The notes under the pieces are model-generated. The model worked only from the letters and a program-made list of their open reading frames with translations. It did no database searches and was not told the origin of the DNA. The translations under genes and the position numbers were made by a program. Below, piece after piece: positions 27,511 through 36,097 of a stretch of 64,000 nucleotides of DNA. The stretch is from contig CAYYMM010000003.1 of NCBI GenBank assembly GCA_964472395.1, positions 13,662 to 77,661 of the forward strand. The letters run 5' to 3'. Each line of letters opens with the position of its first letter. Within the stretch, counting starts at the first letter, position 1. This stretch comes from an uncultured bacterium (GTDB lineage Bacteria > CSSED10-310 > CALFER01).

Positions 27511-30500
27511 CCCCTCCCCGCCCGCACCGCGGCGATCAGCTTCAGGATCAGTTTGCCATACCGTTTCATGAGCGCGGGACCGACGCCCGCCACTCCACCG
27601 AGTTCCTCTTCGGTCAGAGGCTGACGCGCGGCCAGCGCATCGAGCACCTGGTTGCTGAAGATGCGGAAGGCCGGAACTCCCAGGCGACGCGACTCATCGA
27701 GCCTCCATTGCCTGAGTGCCGCATGCACGCTTGCGTCGATCCGCACCGCCGCCGTCCGCCGTTCGACTGGCGCTGTGGTCCGGGATCGAGCGGTTCTCGG
27801 GTTTCTGCCGGATACCGCGCCGGACGGCAGCGCGGGCGCGGTCCGGGACGTTTTCGCGGTTTTTCTGCGCTTCGATGCACGCTTCGCGGTCTGCTTTCTT
27901 GGGTGCGTCAGTTCGATCCCACCCACATCAGCCTGCGTGAGTTCGCGTCCGAGCTTCGCCAGAGCGATCCGCTTGTAGTGAATCGTTTCGCCTTCCTTTT
28001 CGAAGGTCTGCTCGGAAATGCTCACGATCTGATGTCTCGACAGACTGCTCAGAAGCTGTTCCATCTCGTTCCGGACGACGGGATGCGATTCCGAGAGACT
28101 CTTGTGGAGTTGTCCCGCGGTGAGACTGCCCTTGCGTCTGAGTTCACTGACGATGGCCCATATCAGGACTGCCTCGTCCGCATCGGGCGCTCTGCGGGCG
28201 GACGCGACCTGGTCCTGCGGCGCACACACATCGCAGACGCCACAGGGCCCCTCACGGTCGTCCATGTCGCCGAAATGCCGGATCAGCGCCTGCATGCGGC
28301 AGCCCGAACCTTCGGCGAACCGGCTCATTTCCTTGAGCTGAGCCTGGCGGAACGCACGCTGCTCGGCATACGCGAACGTCCAGCCCGCACTGCCGGCCCG
28401 GAACCGGTCATCACCCTCGACGATCGCTCCGCTGTGAATCCAGAGTTTCTCGATCGCATTGTCGAACACCTCGGCATCGATGCGCGTCGCCGCAAGAATC
28501 TCGTCGCGCGTCCGGAACTCCTCACCCAGCGCGGTGAAGATGCGCTCGAGAATCGCGGTTTCGGGGTAATTTTTCTGGAAGAGAAAATCCTGAATGCGCT
28601 GATCGGCATAGGAATGAAACAGAATCGCGCGCGACGGCAGCCCGTCCCGCCCCGCCCGGCCGATTTCCTGATAATAGCCCTCGATGCTCCCCGGCAGCGC
28701 GGCGTGAATGACGGTGCGGATGTCGGGTTTGTCGATCCCCATTCCGAAAGCGATGGTCGCGACGATCACATCGAGTCGTCCTTCGAGGAAGGCAGTCTGA
28801 ACCGCATTCCTCCGGGTGGGCGTCATCCCGGCATGATAGACATCCGCGGAAAAATCGCGGTTGAGGTGTTCCGCGAGCCACTCCGCGTTGCGCCGGGTAG
28901 CCGCATAGACGATCGCGGGGCGGCGCGAGGGGTCGGAGAGGATGGCGCGGGCCGCATCGAGACGCTCGTCGACGGGCCTCCCGACAATCTCGACACCGAT
29001 GTTTGTCCGGCGGAATCCGTGAATGAAACGGCGGGGCGACGGCATCCCGAGCAAGGTCACGATGTCGTCCTGAACGCGGGGGGTGGCGGTGGCCGTCATG
29101 GCGATCACGGGCGCCGAGCGGAACTCGGGGAGACGTTCGCCGAGCATCCGGTAGTCCGGGCGGAAATCGTGCCCCCATTGCGAAATGCAGTGCGCTTCGT
29201 CGACGACGATGAGGCTCGGCGGGTGCTGCTGCAACCGGTGGATGAAGCCCTGAAGCGACAGGCGTTCAGGCGCGATGAACAGATACTGCAACTCACCGGA
29301 TGCGTAGCGATTCATGATCGCATCGTATTCCGATCGTTTTTTGCCCGAATGCACGGCGTCGGATCTCAGTCCCAGCGCGGCGAGCTTGCCGGATTGATCC
29401 TCCATCAGCGCGATCAGAGGGCTGATCACGAGCGCCGACCCGCCTCGGATCAGGGCCGGCAACTGGTAGCAGAGCGATTTGCCCATGCCGGTCGGCATCA
29501 CGAGCAGCGCGTCGGTCCCGCCGATCACGGCCTCGCAGACGGCCTTCTGATACGGGCGGAATGCCGGATAACCGAAGTAATGAGACAGAGCGGTTTCCAG
29601 TGTCGGGGAGTCCGGAGGTAGGGATGGCGGCGCAGGAGACGGTTTTGGTGAGGAAACGGCAAGAGTCACGCTGGGGACGGCCGTTTCGATCGGCAACATG
29701 GGCTGCGTGGCGCTCGGGACAACCGCAGCAATCGCAGGCCGAGGCGCAGCGGCATGCGTGAAAATCCCCCTCACGATGTCCCGCACGTAGGTCTCGATGT
29801 CGCTCATGAATCGATCGAACGGTTCGGCGCCCTTTTCCATGCGCTTGAGCTTATACTCCCAGTCACCGGTCAGTTCCGGACTCCTGACGGAAGGATGCAC
29901 CGTTTCGATCAGCCGGATCCCCTTGTCCGTCGCGGAGAGGCTCTTGCCGTCACGCCGGATGAACTCGCGTTTGATCAGCGTTTCGATGATCGCGGCGCGG
30001 GTCGCGGGGGTGCCGAGTCCCCGTTCTCGCATCGCATCGGAGAGATTCCGGTCATCGAGCGTTTTCCCGGCCGTTTCCATGGCGGTCAGCAGGGTCGCAT
30101 CGGTGAGTCTCTGCGGAGGTCTCGTTTCCTTCTCGACCGCTTCGACCTTCAGAATCGACTGCGATTGCCCCTCAACTAAGGAAGACGGGAGCGAGGGCGC
30201 CTGATCGGAGTCTTTTCGTGCTTTCAATTCCAGAACTTTCCAGCCTTCCTGGCGGACCAGCGTTCCGGATGAGTGAAAGCGATCGGTGAGAGGCTCGGAG
30301 GCAACGTCACTCGTTGAAATCACATCGGTGATGACGGTCGTCTCGAGCGCGATGTGGGGCGGCAGCCAGGCGCACAGAAACCGTCGGCAGATCAGGTCAT
30401 AGAGTTTGAGTTGATCGGCGGTCAGAGTGGCCCGGTCCGCCCGGGTCGGAGTCGGGATGATCGCATGATGATCCGACACTTTGGTGTCATCGACGAACCG

Positions 30501-31640
30501 GTCCGGGATGGGGGGCGCCGGTTCATCGAACGGCCAGTGCGGGCGGTAGTGCGGAGCGACGACGGCGATCACCGGTTCGAGCGTACGGGCGATATCCGTC
30601 GAGAGATGACGCGAGTCGGTGCGGGGATAGCTGATGAGTTTTTTCCCCTCATACAGTTCCTGGGCGATGTCCAGAGTCTTCTGAGCGCTGAAACCGAACA
30701 GACGGTTCGCATGTCGCTGCAGTTCGGACAGGTCATACAGCAGTGGAGGGGCAAACGTGCGCGTTCGCGACGTCAGGGATGCGACGGTGGCTCGACCGGT
30801 TCGGACCCGCGACGCGATGCGCTCGACGAGATCCCGATCGAAGGGCAGGCGCGAGGCATCCCGGAGCGGGTCCTGAGACGTTCCGGTTCGTTTCCGGCGT
30901 TCGGTTTCCGAAAACCAGGTGCCTCGGTATACATCTGTCGTTCTATCCGCATATAGGATCATTTCGGGACGAAAATCCACGATGATCTCGAAGTATTTTT
31001 CAGGCTTGAAGTTCCGGATCGCCAGTTCCCGCTCGACGATCATCGCAAGCGTCGGAGTCTGGACACGGCCGACGGACACGAGATCGTTGCCCCGGATCGT
31101 GTAGGCGCGGGAGAAGTTCATGCCGACCAGCCAGTCGGCGCGGCTGCGGGCGTGGGCGGAACGCGCGAGATTGTCATAGTCGGACGAGGGTTTGAGCGTA
31201 TCGAAACCGCGGCGGATGGCGGCAGGGGTCAGCGATGAGATCCAGAGCCGTCGGACGCGTTTTTTGCATTTTGCGGCTTCGTAGATGTACCGGAAGATCA
31301 GCTCGCCCTCGCGCCCTGCATCCGTCGCGCAGATGATCTCGGAGACATCCTTCCGGTTCATGATCTGACGGACGATGTTGAACTGCTGGGCGGTTTTCTC
31401 GATGACGACCACCGGCCAGTCCGGCGGGATCATGGGGAGCGTCGCGCGGGACCAGGTTTTCCACGAGGCGTTGATCTGATGGGGTTCGGGCAGGGTGACG
31501 AGATGTCCGATGGCCCAGGTGACGATGTATCCGTTTCCTTCGAGGGCACCGGATGCTCCATCGAGTTTTTTCGTGGCACCGAGACAATCCGCGATGTCAC
31601 GGGCGACAGACGGTTTCTCGGCAACGACAGCGACAGGCAT
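27507..31640 (-). CDS. Topoisomerase III (type IA) - RecQ helicase fusion protein, 1377 aa
   Basis: aa 1-628: Toprim (VAEKPSVA, ICATDAGREGE) and topo IA core with active-site LISYPRTDSRHL (Tyr338). aa 629-680: Pro/Ser/Ala linker. aa 681-1377: RecQ DEAH helicase (YPAFRPYQ, MPTGMGKSLCYQLPAL, VVDEAHCISQWGHDFRPDY), RQC zinc module (GSGCRMQ...GPCGVCDVC) and C-terminal HRDC. No stop between the modules. Confidence 0.85.
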   Translation of the reverse strand: MPVAVVAEKPSVARDIADCLGATKKLDGASGALEGNGYIVTWAIGHLVTLPEPHQINASWKTWSRATLPMIPPDWPVVVIEKTAQQFNIVRQIMNRKDVSEIICATDAGREGELIFRYIYEAAKCKKRVRRLWISSLTPAAIRRGFDTLKPSSDYDNLARSAHARSRADWLVGMNFSRAYTIRGNDLVSVGRVQTPTLAMIVERELAIRNFKPEKYFEIIVDFRPEMILYADRTTDVYRGTWFSETERRKRTGTSQDPLRDASRLPFDRDLVERIASRVRTGRATVASLTSRTRTFAPPLLYDLSELQRHANRLFGFSAQKTLDIAQELYEGKKLISYPRTDSRHLSTDIARTLEPVIAVVAPHYRPHWPFDEPAPPIPDRFVDDTKVSDHHAIIPTPTRADRATLTADQLKLYDLICRRFLCAWLPPHIALETTVITDVISTSDVASEPLTDRFHSSGTLVRQEGWKVLELKARKDSDQAPSLPSSLVEGQSQSILKVEAVEKETRPPQRLTDATLLTAMETAGKTLDDRNLSDAMRERGLGTPATRAAIIETLIKREFIRRDGKSLSATDKGIRLIETVHPSVRSPELTGDWEYKLKRMEKGAEPFDRFMSDIETYVRDIVRGIFTHAAAPRPAIAAVVPSATQPMLPIETAVPSVTLAVSSPKPSPAPPSLPPDSPTLETALSHYFGYPAFRPYQKAVCEAVIGGTDALLVMPTGMGKSLCYQLPALIRGGSALVISPLIALMEDQSGKLAALGLRSDAVHSGKKRSEYDAIMNRYASGELQYLFIAPERLSLQGFIHRLQQHPPSLIVVDEAHCISQWGHDFRPDYRMLGERLPEFRSAPVIAMTATATPRVQDDIVTLLGMPSPRRFIHGFRRTNIGVEIVGRPVDERLDAARAILSDPSRRPAIVYAATRRNAEWLAEHLNRDFSADVYHAGMTPTRRNAVQTAFLEGRLDVIVATIAFGMGIDKPDIRTVIHAALPGSIEGYYQEIGRAGRDGLPSRAILFHSYADQRIQDFLFQKNYPETAILERIFTALGEEFRTRDEILAATRIDAEVFDNAIEKLWIHSGAIVEGDDRFRAGSAGWTFAYAEQRAFRQAQLKEMSRFAEGSGCRMQALIRHFGDMDDREGPCGVCDVCAPQDQVASARRAPDADEAVLIWAIVSELRRKGSLTAGQLHKSLSESHPVVRNEMEQLLSSLSRHQIVSISEQTFEKEGETIHYKRIALAKLGRELTQADVGGIELTHPRKQTAKRASKRRKTAKTSRTAPALPSGAVSGRNPRTARSRTTAPVERRTAAVRIDASVHAALRQWRLDESRRLGVPAFRIFSNQVLDALAARQPLTEEELGGVAGVGPALMKRYGKLILKLIAAVRAGRG

Positions 31641-31674
31641 GTCCGTTACTCCTCACTTCCCGAGATCCACCGGT

Positions 31675-32229
31675 TCAGCGAAGTGCCGCACGGATGAAGT
31701 CTCCTTTTGCGCGGGTGTATGCGACGCGTCCGAGATTCCGGTCGGCCAGTTCCTGCTTCAACTGACCGTATTGCCGTGCGCTTTCGGGATGGGCAATCAG
31801 ATGATCCCGGAAGGTGAGCCAATCCCATTGCGGAAAGCCGGCTTCGACCATGTGAATATGGTGTGTGCGGACACCGCTCGGATTGCGTTTGATGAACCAG
31901 GCGTAGAAGGGCGGCGTGTCGTCTCCCCAGGATGGGCGCCAGAAGTAATCGTAGTTCCGGGCCTCGAGAATCGGGGCGATCCGACGGCGCGTATCGTCGA
32001 GATCCGTCACCTCGACGAGCAGATCCACGATCGGTTTGGCGCACAGTCCCGGAACGGCCGTGCTGCCGACATGTTCGATACGGCGGATCAGGTCGCGCGG
32101 AAGGCACGCCTCAAGATCGTGTTTTTCGGACAGAAACATCTGCGGCCAGGACGGATCGTAGGGGACGATCACGATGGGTTCGGCCAGAACGCGAGCCACC
32201 TTATCCTGCAGAGTTTCCGGCTCTTTCAT
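31675..32229 (-). CDS. GrpB-family protein (UPF0157, nucleotidyltransferase-like)
   Basis: 184 aa starting at internal Met 259 of the 442-aa track ORF. IEHVGSTAVPGLCAKPIVDLLVEV motif. Its ATG overlaps the stop of the upstream gene (ATGA). Confidence 0.7.
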   Translation of the reverse strand: MKEPETLQDKVARVLAEPIVIVPYDPSWPQMFLSEKHDLEACLPRDLIRRIEHVGSTAVPGLCAKPIVDLLVEVTDLDDTRRRIAPILEARNYDYFWRPSWGDDTPPFYAWFIKRNPSGVRTHHIHMVEAGFPQWDWLTFRDHLIAHPESARQYGQLKQELADRNLGRVAYTRAKGDFIRAALR

Positions 32230-32990
32230 GCCTCGCGCTTTCCGGCGTGCGCTTGAATGCGGTCGCGCACCGTGTTCCAGGCATGTGTGGTCAGGAAGGA
32301 CTCCTCCGCCTGTTCGACCATTTGAACGAATTTGGCCCAGGGGACAGCGAACGAGAGAACGTCCCGGGCAATCCGGGGGCGGGCTGACACGTCGAACATA
32401 CCGAGCACCGCACGGGGGCGCTCCCGGCGGCTCTCGAGGAGGGGATACTGGACGATCGAGGCACACCCCGCGGCGAACGGGGTGATCACAGCCAGGGGAT
32501 CGGTTTCGTCGAAGTTCGCCCAAGTGAACAGGCCCGCCAGGACGTCCGGAGTGGCGAAAAAGATGACGGCTGCGGGCGTTTCCCGGGGTGTCAGATGATC
32601 CCAGCGTTTGAAGATGATGTACTTTTCCGGCGCTTCCAGAACCGGGATCTGCTCCATCCATGCCTTCACGTGTTCCGGAGTTCGTTTGTAGCGTTCGCCT
32701 TCCAGTTGTCCGGGTATTCCACATGATAGAAATTCTTCGAAGTGGGGCCGGAGTTTTGTGGTGAATCCCAGAAAGCGGGCACCGCAGCCCAGTGTGCCGA
32801 GAGAAAAGCAGCGGGAATGGCCATCGAGGATCGGCTGGAGATCGCCGATGAAGCAACGCCAGCCGGACGGTTTGGGTGCCGGCTCGACGCCGCCGGGATC
32901 GGCGCTGTAGTAAAAGGCAATCGGCAAGGGCGCTCCGGGGAAATAGGTCGACCAAATCGAATTGAATGTGTTGAATGTTTCCTGATTCAT
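32226..32990 (-). CDS. Conserved hypothetical protein (possibly DUF169-like)
   Basis: 254-aa ORF translationally coupled to grpB; Cys/Gly motifs. Family assignment is by recollection only. Confidence 0.5.
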   Translation of the reverse strand: MNQETFNTFNSIWSTYFPGAPLPIAFYYSADPGGVEPAPKPSGWRCFIGDLQPILDGHSRCFSLGTLGCGARFLGFTTKLRPHFEEFLSCGIPGQLEGERYKRTPEHVKAWMEQIPVLEAPEKYIIFKRWDHLTPRETPAAVIFFATPDVLAGLFTWANFDETDPLAVITPFAAGCASIVQYPLLESRRERPRAVLGMFDVSARPRIARDVLSFAVPWAKFVQMVEQAEESFLTTHAWNTVRDRIQAHAGKREA

Positions 32991-33130
32991 CGAACACCTC
33001 CATTGTTATCGACAGACTCTACAGTCTCATGCGATGGAGTTCAAGCCGATGGCGGGATTCCGCCGTTTGTTCTATACTTGTGATGAGTGGGATCGGGTCC
33101 CCGGACGGACGAGCGAGGGAGGAGACGGAC

Positions 33131-33610
33131 ATGGATTATCGGTTGGATGCGAGTTGCGGGTTGTATTGCGGCGCGTGCCCGGTGCTGATTGCCAATAAGA
33201 ACGGAACTCTGGAGGAAGCGGCGAAGCAGTGGAATGCCACACCGGAACAGTTGGTGTGTCACGGGTGCAAGAGCGATGCGGTGTGTTCGTTCTGCACGGA
33301 GTGTCATTTCAAGAAATGCTCGAGTGAAAAGGGGATCGAGTTTTGTTTTGAGTGCGGGGATTTTCCCTGTGAAAAACTGACGGCATTCCGGAACGACGAG
33401 TATCCGCATCACTCGATCATCTTCAAGAACCTAGATGAGATCCGCACGGTCGGAGTCGCTCACTGGCTCACCCTTCAGAAGGAACGCTGGAGTTGTCTGG
33501 AATGTGACACGGAATTCGCGTGGTATTCCGACACGTGCCGCAAGTGTGGCGCACCCGTTTTCAACAGCAAATCCGAAGAACACACAATCAGCCGATCTTC
33601 TGAAAACTGA
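33131..33610 (+). CDS. Cys-rich DUF3795-family protein
   Basis: GGAGGAGACGG RBS then MDYRLDASCGLYCGACPV. Multiple CxxC pairs (CHGC, CSFCTEC, CFECGDFPC, CLEC, CRKCG) typical of DUF3795. Confidence 0.6.
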   Translation: MDYRLDASCGLYCGACPVLIANKNGTLEEAAKQWNATPEQLVCHGCKSDAVCSFCTECHFKKCSSEKGIEFCFECGDFPCEKLTAFRNDEYPHHSIIFKNLDEIRTVGVAHWLTLQKERWSCLECDTEFAWYSDTCRKCGAPVFNSKSEEHTISRSSEN

Positions 33611-33668
33611 AAACTGAAAACCGGAAACTGCCTTGGTTTTCAGTGCGACGTGTTCAGTTTTCAAACAA
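33611..33668. terminator. Hairpin-rich convergent terminator region
   Basis: GAAAACCggaaactgccttGGTTTTC hairpin plus T-rich tails, between convergent genes ending at 33610 and 33674. Confidence 0.4.
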
Positions 33669-33673
33669 GATGG

Positions 33674-35923
33674 TTATTCCCAACCGAATTCAGCCGAACC
33701 AAACTGCCCGATCAGAATGTGAACGGCGGGATCGACCAGCGCGGCATAAAACCTGATTCCTTGAGCAGCTCCGACATTGGATGGCCATGAAAACGATGGC
33801 AGAACCTCTACATCGGTCACGTCTTCCGGGAATGAAGGATACTGAGCCAGGTAGGAATCGAACTCCTGCGTGAATGTCGGACCCCAGAAGTAACTGCCGA
33901 ACACATCCAGCAACACAAGGAGCGGGAAACCGGTCAGGACATCGCCGGTGTTGTTGCAGAAGTGTGCCGTGCAGGTGAATATGTCGCCGGCATGGAAGAC
34001 TGATTGCGACAGATCCAGCGTGACACCCATCTGATCGCAGATGTCGGGATTGGAATGACGGTACACGAAGGTTTCGACCGTCACTTCGCCATGACCGCCT
34101 CCGAAGATGGTGGTGCACTTCTGCGCGGAATCATAAACCATCGCATGTCCGTAATACGGAGCGGCTCGTCCACCTTTAGGCTCGATCAGATACCAATCAT
34201 ACCCGTCCCATTCCCAAGTTTCATCGAAACCGGGTTCCAGGTTTTGAACGCCGCCGTGCATGACAACACGACAACGACGTTGATCAAATGTTAACCTCAG
34301 TTCCTTTCTTCGTGCAGGATTGGTCGTGGCCGGTTCGATCCGCGTCCAGTCGACTCCATCGTATTCCCAAGTCTTGTCGTAGTATCCGTTCTCTGCGCAC
34401 CCTCCGAATAGAACCGCGACGCCTCGACAGCTGTCGAATGCCATTCCAAAGCCCCAGAGCCCCGGTGGATGATGATCCGGAAACACCTGATACCATGTGC
34501 TCCCATCATACTCCCATGTCTCGTCCTCCCACTCCTGATAGGGGGGATCGTTATAGTCGGCAGATACTCCTCCGAACAACATGAGCCTGCCTCGGATGGA
34601 ATCATAGACCATTGTAGCACTGGATCTCGGACCGGGAACGACGGGAGGTGTCAGCTCGTTCCATGTCTGATCTCGAAACACCCACATTTTATCATTGAAA
34701 TAGGCGGGGCCGTCCCATTTCCTTCCGCCGTACAAAACGATCCCATCGTGATCGGCAAAATAGGCCATACAATGACGCGAAACCTGCCCGGGATTGGGTG
34801 ACAGATTGTAACAGGACCACGTTTGTCCATCCCATAGATACGTATCGGTTGACATGCATGAGGATTCAACTCCTCCGTATAGCACAGTTGTTTGTGATGA
34901 GGGATCGTATTCCATGTTGTGTCCGCCGAGATCAGGCGGATAATAGGGGTCTGGCGTTACATAGGTCCAGTCCACTCCGTCGTAGAACCAAGTGTCACCA
35001 AACAATTCTGGAGTGTGTGATCCACCGAACAGCATTAGTTGCCGTGATCCGGCATCCCATGTCGCTGCAAAACCTGATCGACCAGATGGTTTATGTGGTG
35101 GGTTCATTTCGTGCCATTGAACACCGTCGAATTCCCACGTGTCATCATAATTTCCGTTGCCGCTGAATAGAACAATCACAGAACGGTCCGGATCGTAAAC
35201 AATACGTTGCACTATCCGTACGGGTGGTCGAGGAGGACTTACCTCCGGATTTTCCCACTGCGAACCATCCCAGTACCATAACTCCAATTTCCCATTAAAG
35301 TCTAACAGAACTACCACCTTCTCGATATCGGGATTATAGATCATCCCAGAAATAAACATCGCCGGAGGCCAAGGATTCGATTTCGGAATTTGATGCCATT
35401 CATCCTGATCCCATTCCCAAAGGTCGTCGAGTGCATCCTCTGAAGTCCCCCCGAAAACACAGATTACATCTCGATTACTGTCATAAGCCAAACTGTAATA
35501 TGTCCACTTCGAAGGAAGGAAATCGCTCTCGTCGATCAAAGACCAATCAGAGTAAGTCCATTCCCAAATTTGAAACAAACTATCCGGATATCTACTACCG
35601 AGCAGAAGAATTCGATTATGCATGGAATCGAACAATAAAGCTGGTTCTCCCCAAAAAACATCAGGAATGTGTTCTCTCAATCGAAAATTCCATCTAGTTC
35701 CATCCCATTCCCACGTATCACTAAGATGGCTTCCGGAGTGTCCTCCAAAAAGCAGCACTGTGCCTGTCTCAGGGTTATAGCATATGCTGGAACCGCTTCG
35801 TGGAGTCAACGGCTTCCCGATCTGCACCCATTCCATCGAGGAGGAGATTACATGGTCCGGATGTGCAAAGCACAAACATGAAAGCAAGATGATTAAACCA
35901 GTATTGGTTTTTACACTGCTCAT
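33674..35923 (-). CDS. Secreted Kelch/galactose-oxidase-like beta-propeller repeat protein, paralog 1, with conserved ~120-aa C-terminal domain
   Basis: GAGGAGG RBS then MSSVKTNTGLIILLSCLCFA signal peptide. About 11 Kelch-like blades (LLFGG..., WEWDG/WEYDG). C-terminal block CDQMGVTLDL...FGWE. Confidence 0.8.
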   Translation of the reverse strand: MSSVKTNTGLIILLSCLCFAHPDHVISSSMEWVQIGKPLTPRSGSSICYNPETGTVLLFGGHSGSHLSDTWEWDGTRWNFRLREHIPDVFWGEPALLFDSMHNRILLLGSRYPDSLFQIWEWTYSDWSLIDESDFLPSKWTYYSLAYDSNRDVICVFGGTSEDALDDLWEWDQDEWHQIPKSNPWPPAMFISGMIYNPDIEKVVVLLDFNGKLELWYWDGSQWENPEVSPPRPPVRIVQRIVYDPDRSVIVLFSGNGNYDDTWEFDGVQWHEMNPPHKPSGRSGFAATWDAGSRQLMLFGGSHTPELFGDTWFYDGVDWTYVTPDPYYPPDLGGHNMEYDPSSQTTVLYGGVESSCMSTDTYLWDGQTWSCYNLSPNPGQVSRHCMAYFADHDGIVLYGGRKWDGPAYFNDKMWVFRDQTWNELTPPVVPGPRSSATMVYDSIRGRLMLFGGVSADYNDPPYQEWEDETWEYDGSTWYQVFPDHHPPGLWGFGMAFDSCRGVAVLFGGCAENGYYDKTWEYDGVDWTRIEPATTNPARRKELRLTFDQRRCRVVMHGGVQNLEPGFDETWEWDGYDWYLIEPKGGRAAPYYGHAMVYDSAQKCTTIFGGGHGEVTVETFVYRHSNPDICDQMGVTLDLSQSVFHAGDIFTCTAHFCNNTGDVLTGFPLLVLLDVFGSYFWGPTFTQEFDSYLAQYPSFPEDVTDVEVLPSFSWPSNVGAAQGIRFYAALVDPAVHILIGQFGSAEFGWE

Positions 35924-36037
35924 CCCGAACCTCCTCTCTGCTATAGAGAATAACCCCAACATTTAGTCAGATCAAATCAGAACATGAATGCCGACTGGGA
36001 AAAAAGCACGGGCACGGTGACCTCCCGTCCGAACCAT

Positions 36038-36080
36038 GATTTGTGCAAATCAAAAGTTTAACTTTCATTTTGCACAAATC
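36038..36080. promoter_or_regulatory. Perfect 12-bp inverted repeat (GATTTGTGCAAA-N19-TTTGCACAAATC), candidate operator
   Basis: Lies 18 nt upstream of the ATPase ATG at 36098, in the divergent promoter region shared with Kelch paralog 1. Confidence 0.4.
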
Positions 36081-36097
36081 TGCCGTATTCTCAGATC

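Noticed and set aside
27708-29621. 637-aa plus-strand ORF
   Set aside because: It is the antisense of the TopoIII-RecQ gene. Arg/Gly/Asp-rich low-complexity translation typical of high-GC antisense frames.
31675-33003. 442-aa minus-strand ORF as one gene
   Set aside because: Only the last 184 aa (GrpB) are protein-like. The upstream part is an Arg/Gly/Pro-rich alternative frame of the real DUF169-like gene at 32226..32990.
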